Positions 1 through 9,329 of a stretch of DNA of 64,000 bases are shown one piece after another. The position numbers and the translations under genes were made by a program. Numbering within the stretch: the stretch's first letter is position 1; each line of letters opens with the position of its first letter. The notes beneath the pieces were generated by a model. It had not been told where the DNA came from and made no database searches. It saw nothing but the letters and a program-made list of their open reading frames with translations. This DNA comes from a virus, in IMG/VR virus record IMGVR_UViG_3300044641_001047, positions 12,497-76,496 of that record, one strand, 5' to 3'.

Positions 1-1868
1 GTCTCTCTACCAACTATCTTATTTTTAATCTGCTCTGTATTAAGTTTAACAACAGCAGCTTTAAATTCTTCTTTGGTTAATTTTTTATCTTCAAGTTGCT
101 TTTTTAACCTCTTATACCTATCATCTTTTCTTAGATTAAATGTCCGTTGATTGTCGGTCATGTTCTGAACAAGATCTTTAATCTCCTCGTTTATTCCATC
201 TGTCATGTAGTCAAGTAGAAGGTCAACTTGGAGGGGAATGGCTTCGTCTATATAAAATTTTTGCTGACGCTCTAGTTTATTTATAGATTCTAAAAGCTTC
301 TTTTCTACTACTGATAATGCAGAGTTAGACTTATTGCTTTTAGCAAGCTCTTCTTGCTTACTTATAATAATGTTCTTTAGTCTCCCTATAACACTATCTT
401 CAGCAAATGTCCCAGCTGTTAGATCTTTAATATTATTCCCAAGATTAAATAACTGATTAGATAATGCATGTTTTTCTGCTTCCTCTAATTTATCGTACTT
501 GCCATCAAATCTTTTTATTTTATCTACGATCTCTTGGTTCTTAGCTGTTACACGGCCTACATAGTTTACAAATCCTGCAAAAGCTTCTATCCTATTGAGG
601 GTTGTATATTTGTTTTTAGATTGTTCATCTTTAAACTTATAACGTAACTCTTTGAATTTCTCAAGCTGAGCCTTTAGTTCTATAACATCCTCATCACTCT
701 TGAAAGGATTAGACTCAAGTTTATCTAGCTGTTGTTGTAAAGTTTCACTTGTTACTTCAAGGAAGTCATTAAACTCCCTCATCTTTTTATCGAGTTCTCT
801 ACTTTGCTGAGTTTCCTTTGAAAGCTCCCCTACAAGTTCTTCTTTAGATAATCTACGACTAAGAAGTTTGGTAACCAGCTGATCTACTGCAGAGTCTGAT
901 ATCCCGAATATCTCTTTAATTCTTCTGATCAGTTTGTTAACAGCTGTCTGCAATTTGTTACTAGGCTTAGCAACTCTTTTAGCCCCTTCTCTTCCCAACA
1001 TAGTTATAAGAGTTTCTTTTGCCGCAGCCTCATCTGTAAATCCATAGACTTCTTTAACCTCTTCAAACAATGCAGACTTTTTTGCAATCTCCATTGCTTG
1101 TTTAACCAATGGGTTGTCTACCCCAAGAAGGTCTATAAGTATATGACTGAACTCGTGTATGTGAGTATCAGCTGTCATCTTCAGAGGGTTAAGAACTACC
1201 TTAGCAGTATTCTGATCTACTCTGCTAACCTCTCCCTTACTGTCTATATCGGTGCTAAACTCTACCTCGACAGTCATACCTACCTCAGCAAATGTTTCTT
1301 TAAGATGCTGTAGCTGTTCCTCAAGGTTTGGAATGTCTTCAAATGGAGCATCACTCTTAAGAGCCTTAGATTTATCAATAGGTTTTTGCTCAAACAATGC
1401 CAGCTGCTTCCCTTCTCTAAGAGATTTAATCTGAGAGAGTATAATATTCTCATCCTTAGTAGGAATAACAGCTTGCCTTGAAACAGATATAGCTCCTTCA
1501 TAATAAGACGGATTAATAGACAGTTTTGCTGAATACCCCCCTAATTTAGTATGTCTTATAGAATCAGGGATAAGAAAATTTTGAGACATCGATTTAAGTG
1601 AATTCCCAAAATGCAGTAGTACTGTATTGTTTATTCTCTCAACTATGGTTCCTTTTCCATTTGGGTGCCCTTTATATATAATGCTTCCGTCATTATCGTA
1701 TTTAAAGTGTTGTGGGAATCCATCTACCAAAGCATCTTTGATAATTCTGTTTGCCTTATCTAAAGGAACAGATGAGTCTAAGCTCTCAATTGCACTGAAA
1801 ACTTTTTCATATGCTGGAGATGGCTCTGGATATTGACTTAAATATGTTTCGTAAACTTTACAGCCCAT
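1..1868 (-). CDS. Giant ejected virion protein (third of the vRNAP cluster), N-terminal part, with zincin-like HExxH motif; truncated by window edge
   Basis: Absent from the ORF track (no stop inside the window). Manual translation from ATG 1868: MGCKVYETYLSQYPEPSPAYEKVF...VVLNPLKMTADTHIHEFSHILIDLLG; HEFSH at ~1143-1157. Directly follows the vRNAP gene. Confidence 0.85.
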   Translation of the reverse strand, partial: MGCKVYETYLSQYPEPSPAYEKVFSAIESLDSSVPLDKANRIIKDALVDGFPQHFKYDNDGSIIYKGHPNGKGTIVERINNTVLLHFGNSLKSMSQNFLIPDSIRHTKLGGYSAKLSINPSYYEGAISVSRQAVIPTKDENIILSQIKSLREGKQLALFEQKPIDKSKALKSDAPFEDIPNLEEQLQHLKETFAEVGMTVEVEFSTDIDSKGEVSRVDQNTAKVVLNPLKMTADTHIHEFSHILIDLLGVDNPLVKQAMEIAKKSALFEEVKEVYGFTDEAAAKETLITMLGREGAKRVAKPSNKLQTAVNKLIRRIKEIFGISDSAVDQLVTKLLSRRLSKEELVGELSKETQQSRELDKKMREFNDFLEVTSETLQQQLDKLESNPFKSDEDVIELKAQLEKFKELRYKFKDEQSKNKYTTLNRIEAFAGFVNYVGRVTAKNQEIVDKIKRFDGKYDKLEEAEKHALSNQLFNLGNNIKDLTAGTFAEDSVIGRLKNIIISKQEELAKSNKSNSALSVVEKKLLESINKLERQQKFYIDEAIPLQVDLLLDYMTDGINEEIKDLVQNMTDNQRTFNLRKDDRYKRLKKQLEDKKLTKEEFKAAVVKLNTEQIKNKIVGRE

Positions 1869-1878
1869 GTTATTTATT

Positions 1879-4800
1879 TTAAAGCATACATATTTGGGTG
1901 ATGTCCCCTTTTTTCTCTTCGTCCATTGTGTTATCTAAGAAGACATCTAACTTCTCTATTACAGAATCTATTGGCTTACTTTTTCCTACAACTCTTGGGT
2001 AAAGAGTAGCTCCCCCAACAAGGTGTTTTTTTTCGTTAGTAGTTTTACCTAACACCATATACTTTCCTATTTTTCCATCTTTTGATATACTACCAAGAAT
2101 ATAAACATCAGAGTCTGTTTTAGTTCTAACTACAAGAGCTGAAGGAATAGATGAGTATTCTTCTAAATTGATATCAATTTCTTTATCAGGCTTTCCTACT
2201 TCATCAAAGTTTTTACGTTGTAAAAGGTTACTTCCACCAGGTCTCATCTCCCCAAATATTCTTAGGAATCTAAGCATATCCTCCCCCTCAAAGTACCTAC
2301 CATTAGCCATTTTCATTGCCTGCTCATGAAGATAATCAGAAATGCTTATAGGTTCTAGATCTTCAGCGGTTCTATCCATAGGTTGGGTAAGGAATCTTGG
2401 GGGTAACAAGTCTGCAAAGTTAAATGGAGTTTGCTTAAATCCATTGGCAATAAGTGTATGCATTGCTAATTTATTACCTAAAGTCTTGATATCTTCAACT
2501 CCTTTCTTACGTTCAGCTATTTCTTTTTCTGTTGCCCCCTTTCTAAGTCTTGGTAAAAACTTCTCAGGTCTGTACAACATATCAGTAAGGTCATTGATGA
2601 TTCTATCCTTCTCATTTACTGTATACTGTTGCTGAGCATCAAACTGCAAGCTTCTAAAAGTCTTACTATTCTTGTTATCAGGATCTTCAGTAATCTTTAC
2701 AAAGAACTCATTACCTGCAAGCTTAGGGTATTTCTTTAAAATCATGGACATCTGCTTAAGCAGTGTTGACTTGTTTTTACTTGTACGATAGTTCTCATCA
2801 CTATACCCTTTACCAAAAAATGCTTTGAGTGGAGAGTCCTGCCTTGTAAGAATTGTGAATATTATTGCAGAGTTTATATCTCTGTGCTGATCACTTGTAA
2901 ATGTATTAGTAGGTGGAGCTGCTATCTTTCTCAAAGTATTCTTAAATCCTATGAACTCAGATGATAATGTCATTGGGAACAGTATTGATGCTACCCCTAA
3001 TGTTTCAGATATCATTTTATAGTAGCCTCTCTGTAATCCATATGGAGAATCTTCATCAAGAACTTGTTCGATTATACTCTCTGACATATTTCTTCCGTAT
3101 AGAGCTATAGGGGCATTGTCTACAAATCCATCTTTAGGGTTTGCAAACTTTTCCATTCTCTCCATATAGGCCTGCATAGCTTCTACTCTATTCAAACCAT
3201 CCATGCTATCAGGAGTAATGACCTTAAACATTTCTACAATCTGTCTTCCTCCAGAGTACATCTTCATAAAGTTTCTTAAAGCTACTGCAGGGGGTAGAGT
3301 AAAATTCATTATATCCTCTCTAGACATTGCAGTAGTCCTTTCAATTCTTTTATAATTATTTGCTATCTCAGTCTCTGGGTTTATACCGTGTAGAGCAGCA
3401 GCTTGACGATACCCATTGTTAACCATTGCAAGGTTATTGTTGTACTTATCAGACATTATGTTTACAAAATCTCTGATGATAGGCTGGTTAAGGAAGAAGT
3501 GCATTAACTCTGTATCACCGTAGAAATTAATCCATAGAACTTCTACAGGGAAAGTAACTTCATTATCATTGATGATGTAGTGGAATGGATTCTTAGAAGC
3601 ATCCACGGCAGCATTAAGATATCGAGAGATAATTTTATCTGTAAATTCCAAGTGATCGTATGCTGCAAATGGGTTATCTACTTGAGTAAGAAACTTAGTA
3701 TTTATTTTCTCTCCTGCTATCTTAACAGCAAATGAGTCAAATAGATTTATGTCTAAGTGTTGAGCTACATTCCTTCCTGCAAGAGCATTAGACCACTTAC
3801 CTCTCAGCTTGTTACCAAGAAGGTTTCTAACAGCACTGTTGGTATGGTACATACCCCCTGTAAACATTGGGATATCTTCAAGGTCAGGCATTTTTTCAAG
3901 GATACTGTCTTTGATATTACCAAGTGCAGCTGTGTCCAAAGGGCTAAGAGTTTCAGAGAAGTGAATAGGGCTACTGAGTACAGCCTCCATTGTATCAATG
4001 AAGATATTATTAAGCTGCTTCTCATTTAGTTTTGTAACCAATTCAGGATTGCTGGCAAGTTCTGCATAATTAGCAGATTCTTTAACCATAACCCCATCCT
4101 TCATGCTAACCTCAGGGAAAAGCAAAAACATTTTATCGACGTCAAAGTCAGATCCCATAAGCTTAACAAGCTGTGGTGGGACTACAATTGCTTTAGCATA
4201 ATTATCAGGTAGGACAGCTTTAATCTTTAGAATAACCATAGATGCCTTATCCTGGTTGGGGATACGATAACCAATAATTCTTCTAAGCTCTTCTGGGATG
4301 TTATCTAAATTGATCTCCCCTTCAGGTAAGTTAAACTTTCTAAGTACATCAGCTCTTATCATTATCTCTGCATGTGCCAATCTGACTCCATACTTTGTAT
4401 TGTTTGGATCATCTTCAATCTCCAAGAACTTAAGGGTTTCATTAGTCTCAAACCCACCAAGAGCTGCAGTCTGCACAGCCTCTGTCCCAGATAGCCTTTG
4501 CTTAAATACATTGTTGTTGTATATGCTAAGCAAAGCTGATTGAAACTTTTTACCAAATACAGGGTAGTCAAGTGGAATTGCAAATCTTGGGATAAGAGTA
4601 TCAGGATCTATAGTGATATCAAGAGCATCTAGATAGTTCTGGCTCATATCTCTTTCGATAGCCTGCTTCTCAAGAATGGTACGTATATTTTTAAGCAGTT
4701 CTAGCTTAGCATTTATAAAATCTTCTGAGCTCTTAAGGTGACTGATATTAACCTTACCCTTAACCTTATGCCCTTCTACAAGATTAGCAATTGCTTTACG

Positions 4801-7800
4801 GAATTTATCTAATCCAATCTCCTTATCTACACTTTCCATATCCCGTCGAATCTTCTCTTCGATGGCATTGTGGTAGATTTGAGTCATTACATCTCCGACA
4901 ACTTCTACAGAACCTTCTAGACCTGAGTTATAGTAATAGAGTCCAGCAGGATCTACGTTAGCAATAGAGTTTTTCTTAGCCTGTCTGTTAAAGATTACAT
5001 CACTTGTACCTTTAGGATCAGGTATTATCTGTGGGAATCTTAGTTTAGAAGAGTCTTGTTTAATGATTACAACGTCTTCCATCATACCAGGTCTGTACCT
5101 TTCTACCTCTTGTCCATTCTCATAAACAATCTCAGTATTCTTTGACAGATTGTAAGGCTCAGTCTTTAAACTCTTCTTAGTACTGAATGCATTAAATACA
5201 TGGACAGGCTGCAGATCATTTCTTCCTGCATAAGCCCCAGACAACTCCATACGTTGTCTTACATCATCCATGATTGGGAAGCTTCTTGTATAATCTTCTA
5301 CAAGTGGGAAGTAGGCATTCTTCTGAATCTCTGTCAGAAGTACTCCACCTACACTTTTAACATCTTCATAGTAAGGCTTAAGAGGTTTAATGATTACAGG
5401 ATCTCCAGCTTTCATTCCTTTAGGGACAAAGTTTTCTTGATATACAATACCTCCAATACTTCCTCTTTTCTTATATGCTCTGAATGCTTCTATCTCATTT
5501 TCTCCCCACTCTCCTAATCCTTCAGCTATGTATCGATACATATCAATACTGATAATAGCCAGACCATCGGTATCTTCAAAGGTGCCAGGGTTATAGCCTA
5601 GCATGAATGCTATGTCATCATCTGTATATGGGTCTCCAGTCTTAGGGTTAATTATAGATTTAAGTTTTCCCATAGTACGAGATACATACGATTTTGAAAA
5701 CTCTTCTATTGCTTTAGTTATATTACCCCTTGGGTCAAGGAATGTAGATTCATTGAATTCTGGGATCATACCATACTCTTCAACTCCGTCAGCTGGTTTT
5801 ACTCCGAGTGTACCTCTGATAGCAGTCAATGTACCTGGAGTTCCAAGTAGTCGTTGACGTTTAGTAAAGGCATCTAGAGAAGCAAAAGCAGCTCTGTTAC
5901 CACGAGTAAGCTTTATAATTTCTGCAGTCCCTACATCCTCATGAATAATAAACTCTTTTAGAAGACCTTTTATTGTAAGGACTTTCTTCATCACAGCAGT
6001 ATCTTCTTTACTCAGTCCTTCCAAAGCTTCTGCTTCATCAGCTTCCTTTAACTTTGAAAACCTTTTAGCTTCTTTAAGATCTACATCCCCATATCTTCCA
6101 GACTGTATAATCTTTTTTGCCATTACTTCTGCAGCTTGATCGTAGAATAGAGTAAGATTTGAAATCATCTGTGACATTAAATTCTCAAACTGCTTTAAAT
6201 CTCCAGTAGGAGTTTCACCAGCTTTTTTAACTTTAATGTAATCTTCTACATAGTCAGACATTTTCATCTGAACCCCATTAGATTTAATCATATAGTCCTG
6301 GACAATCCTTTCACCAGTCTTACTATTAATTCCATCTAATTGCATGTACTTACCTGACCCGTCTATACCAAGCATTTTACCTGTATGATAATCAATAGCT
6401 TTAGTAGCATTTGGATCATCAATAGTCCTTTGAGCTTGTCTGATTCTCAATAGGTCTTGAAGAATCATATCTCTAAATACCAGAGAATTAGTCTTATAGT
6501 CTAGTTTAGTGTTACCATGGCCTCTAAGTCTAGGCATAAGCATAAACTCTAGATCCTCACGGTCTGCTTGAGTTGGAATAGCACAATAGAAATAATCTTC
6601 TTTTCCATTATTTATAAAGTGATACAGCCTTGTAAATATGTGGTCAATAGTATTGAAGTTTCCATATGCTTCTCCCTCTGCCTCATCAGCTCTTTTGATT
6701 ACGTCTGCACTTACAGTACGTAGATCACTGAGATATTGAGGGTTTAGGATCATATGTCTATAGATCATACTATATCCATCCGTACCACTTTTATGATCAT
6801 GAATGTGAAATGGGTCAGTCTTTTGCAACTTAAGTGCATTCTCCCCATTCTTCTCTACATCGGTTTTAATATTAATAATTATGTCGTCAACAGGAGTTCT
6901 ATGTTGAATAGGCCATATAGCCTTCCCTTCTCCATTAACGTGGCTCTCTGCAGAGTTAGACATAAACAGTGGGGCCAAGCTTCCTAGGAACTTTACACCA
7001 GATTTCTCTGTATCAAAGAATGGTGTTATATCCTTTTTAGTGTCTCCAAAAAGAGGAACCCCTTTAGAGTCTGTCTCAACTTCAACAAAAGAACTAATTA
7101 TCGAGTAAAGACCAGAGTTTTCTACGATATAATCGAAGAGGCCTTTACCATTTAATTTTTCAAGACCCTTTTTCTTCTGCCTTACATACATACCTGCACT
7201 CATAAGACTCTGCAGGTTGTCAATTGTCTCATCTATATTGTAGTCATTCCCAAAGTTAATTCCTAAATTCCATAAAGTGTTAGCTAAAGCTATCACTGCT
7301 ACTGATGGCTCCCCTTCTTTACTAGGAAGAAAGTCTTTGTCCTGACTTGATCTCTTCTTACGAATCTCTGAAAGAGTTTTAAATGACTCTTTTACTGCTT
7401 CAAGTTTACTTTTATTTACAGTAAATGTAGATTTATCTTCTCCCTGTTCATTTTCTTCTACATTTTTATTGTATAGGGCTCTACTTTCAGAGTTTTCAAT
7501 TGCCTGCCCATCTACTTGTATTGCATTATTTCTCCATTTTCTTACAGCTTTCTGCTCTGTAGTAGTAACATTAGAGTCAAAGATTTTACTCTTCTTCCCC
7601 ATAATTACAATATGTGTCTTATTTACTGTAGTAGCAAAGTTGCTGAACAGTGCAGACTTCTCCTTAGGACTCATTCTTCTTATGCCACGAGCAATAGATT
7701 TATAGTCATCTCTATGCAGGGCAAAGTTTTCAAGCTTTATCATCATTTCCTCAAACGTCCCTGTATCTGACCACAGTTCTAATAGCTGCTTGTATACAAA

Positions 7801-9327
7801 ATTAGGATCATGGTATTTAGGACGATTGCTAAATATTGCATTCTTCTTTTCTGTTGTGATAACTTTCCCACCAGACTGCACTGTCTCTGTAATAGGGAAA
7901 CGACGTAGCATTATCTTGACAGCTTGAGATAATCTTTCTTTGTGAGGTCTCTCAATTCTTTGCTGATTATGCAAGTGCTCTTGAGCTTCTTTGGCATCCA
8001 GCTCTCTAATTTCATCGTCCCCTTCTTCAATGTCTACAAGGGTGACTTTTCCACTTTTGATTATATAGCCATAGTTTCTGAGGTTTCTTTCAACCTCATC
8101 TCTCCATGCTCTGGTTATTACGTTGCCTGTCTTAGCCTCATACTTACCCCTCCAGTTATCAATAACTTTGTAGATATACTCTCGAATCTGTCTTTGGTTC
8201 TTTGCAGCAGCCAGATCTTCTTCTGACATACCTTCTACAATTGGAGGGAAGTTGTTTAACTTAAGTCCAAACTTAGCTTTGTGCTCTTTAAAAACTTTAG
8301 CAGCCTCATCCATCTTATCTTTGAACTCAGGCCTCTTAGTATTCTCATAAGCAATTCTGTACTTATTGTATTCTTTTTCTAAAGTAAGTGCCTCTCTGAG
8401 TGGAGTGATATCTTTTCCCTTAGCTTCTCTTCCATCCTTGTATCTATAAAGATGGCTAAGCAATCCATGTACAATAGTTCCAGCAGTTTTATTATCCCCA
8501 AGTATGAGATTGATATCTGGGTTCTTCCAGTTTTGAATATCCTGAACCACCATATCAGAGATACCTTCTATGATCTCCTCTACAACTTCAGATGGCATTC
8601 CCTGTACGTGCATTTCAGGACTAATGTCACTCTTCATAAGCTCAGGGTTACGAAGAATCTTTCTCCCCAAAAGGTCGTAGTTGGTTTTGCTATTTCTAAG
8701 AAGAGAGTAAGTCTGCTTAAGAGTTACATTATCTGTAAGCATAGCTTTTATGAAATCAAATAGGTCACTAAACCACTGCTTAATCTTCTGTGGAATAGTC
8801 TTACTGCTTTCTCCCTCTGTAAGCATGTGCATTCTGAATCCTTCAGCCATCTTCTCCTCGAGTACAAGGTTGTAGGCTTCTTCATCAGATATATCGGGGA
8901 ACTGATTCTTTCTAGCTGTTACTTCTTCATCGGTTGGCTTACCAAATTCTCTCGATGTCTCAGCATATAGGAGAGATCTCTGAGCATCAGACAGCATTGT
9001 ACGGAACATCAAGTGATATCCCTCGTGGAACTCAGCACCAACCTCTGCAGCCTTCCATACATTAATTGCCCCGTTGGTTACGTGGCCATGCACAATTCTG
9101 TTACCAATTTGCTTTATGTAGTCGTAATAAAATATTTTATCCTCACCAAAGGTGTTTTTAACCCATGCAGTAGCTTTTTCTCTTCCTATACTTTCTGGAG
9201 TTTGGCCATAAAATTCAAGGGGCACTTCTCCGTTATATATACTCCATAGAGTATACGGATTTTCTACACCAGATTCTACCAGCTCTTTCCATTCAGGAAG
9301 ACTTTCAATAGGACAAGATATACCCAT
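1879..9327 (-). CDS. Virion-packaged DNA-dependent RNA polymerase (crAss-like), with N-terminal zincin-like domain
   Basis: 2482 aa. GYRIPNQ...MGSDFDVDKMF carries the catalytic DxDxD motif (4135-4149); TDG motif upstream; HEGYH (9013-9027) followed by EEKMAE. Confidence 0.92.
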   Translation of the reverse strand: MGISCPIESLPEWKELVESGVENPYTLWSIYNGEVPLEFYGQTPESIGREKATAWVKNTFGEDKIFYYDYIKQIGNRIVHGHVTNGAINVWKAAEVGAEFHEGYHLMFRTMLSDAQRSLLYAETSREFGKPTDEEVTARKNQFPDISDEEAYNLVLEEKMAEGFRMHMLTEGESSKTIPQKIKQWFSDLFDFIKAMLTDNVTLKQTYSLLRNSKTNYDLLGRKILRNPELMKSDISPEMHVQGMPSEVVEEIIEGISDMVVQDIQNWKNPDINLILGDNKTAGTIVHGLLSHLYRYKDGREAKGKDITPLREALTLEKEYNKYRIAYENTKRPEFKDKMDEAAKVFKEHKAKFGLKLNNFPPIVEGMSEEDLAAAKNQRQIREYIYKVIDNWRGKYEAKTGNVITRAWRDEVERNLRNYGYIIKSGKVTLVDIEEGDDEIRELDAKEAQEHLHNQQRIERPHKERLSQAVKIMLRRFPITETVQSGGKVITTEKKNAIFSNRPKYHDPNFVYKQLLELWSDTGTFEEMMIKLENFALHRDDYKSIARGIRRMSPKEKSALFSNFATTVNKTHIVIMGKKSKIFDSNVTTTEQKAVRKWRNNAIQVDGQAIENSESRALYNKNVEENEQGEDKSTFTVNKSKLEAVKESFKTLSEIRKKRSSQDKDFLPSKEGEPSVAVIALANTLWNLGINFGNDYNIDETIDNLQSLMSAGMYVRQKKKGLEKLNGKGLFDYIVENSGLYSIISSFVEVETDSKGVPLFGDTKKDITPFFDTEKSGVKFLGSLAPLFMSNSAESHVNGEGKAIWPIQHRTPVDDIIINIKTDVEKNGENALKLQKTDPFHIHDHKSGTDGYSMIYRHMILNPQYLSDLRTVSADVIKRADEAEGEAYGNFNTIDHIFTRLYHFINNGKEDYFYCAIPTQADREDLEFMLMPRLRGHGNTKLDYKTNSLVFRDMILQDLLRIRQAQRTIDDPNATKAIDYHTGKMLGIDGSGKYMQLDGINSKTGERIVQDYMIKSNGVQMKMSDYVEDYIKVKKAGETPTGDLKQFENLMSQMISNLTLFYDQAAEVMAKKIIQSGRYGDVDLKEAKRFSKLKEADEAEALEGLSKEDTAVMKKVLTIKGLLKEFIIHEDVGTAEIIKLTRGNRAAFASLDAFTKRQRLLGTPGTLTAIRGTLGVKPADGVEEYGMIPEFNESTFLDPRGNITKAIEEFSKSYVSRTMGKLKSIINPKTGDPYTDDDIAFMLGYNPGTFEDTDGLAIISIDMYRYIAEGLGEWGENEIEAFRAYKKRGSIGGIVYQENFVPKGMKAGDPVIIKPLKPYYEDVKSVGGVLLTEIQKNAYFPLVEDYTRSFPIMDDVRQRMELSGAYAGRNDLQPVHVFNAFSTKKSLKTEPYNLSKNTEIVYENGQEVERYRPGMMEDVVIIKQDSSKLRFPQIIPDPKGTSDVIFNRQAKKNSIANVDPAGLYYYNSGLEGSVEVVGDVMTQIYHNAIEEKIRRDMESVDKEIGLDKFRKAIANLVEGHKVKGKVNISHLKSSEDFINAKLELLKNIRTILEKQAIERDMSQNYLDALDITIDPDTLIPRFAIPLDYPVFGKKFQSALLSIYNNNVFKQRLSGTEAVQTAALGGFETNETLKFLEIEDDPNNTKYGVRLAHAEIMIRADVLRKFNLPEGEINLDNIPEELRRIIGYRIPNQDKASMVILKIKAVLPDNYAKAIVVPPQLVKLMGSDFDVDKMFLLFPEVSMKDGVMVKESANYAELASNPELVTKLNEKQLNNIFIDTMEAVLSSPIHFSETLSPLDTAALGNIKDSILEKMPDLEDIPMFTGGMYHTNSAVRNLLGNKLRGKWSNALAGRNVAQHLDINLFDSFAVKIAGEKINTKFLTQVDNPFAAYDHLEFTDKIISRYLNAAVDASKNPFHYIINDNEVTFPVEVLWINFYGDTELMHFFLNQPIIRDFVNIMSDKYNNNLAMVNNGYRQAAALHGINPETEIANNYKRIERTTAMSREDIMNFTLPPAVALRNFMKMYSGGRQIVEMFKVITPDSMDGLNRVEAMQAYMERMEKFANPKDGFVDNAPIALYGRNMSESIIEQVLDEDSPYGLQRGYYKMISETLGVASILFPMTLSSEFIGFKNTLRKIAAPPTNTFTSDQHRDINSAIIFTILTRQDSPLKAFFGKGYSDENYRTSKNKSTLLKQMSMILKKYPKLAGNEFFVKITEDPDNKNSKTFRSLQFDAQQQYTVNEKDRIINDLTDMLYRPEKFLPRLRKGATEKEIAERKKGVEDIKTLGNKLAMHTLIANGFKQTPFNFADLLPPRFLTQPMDRTAEDLEPISISDYLHEQAMKMANGRYFEGEDMLRFLRIFGEMRPGGSNLLQRKNFDEVGKPDKEIDINLEEYSSIPSALVVRTKTDSDVYILGSISKDGKIGKYMVLGKTTNEKKHLVGGATLYPRVVGKSKPIDSVIEKLDVFLDNTMDEEKKGDITQICML

Positions 9328-9329
9328 GT

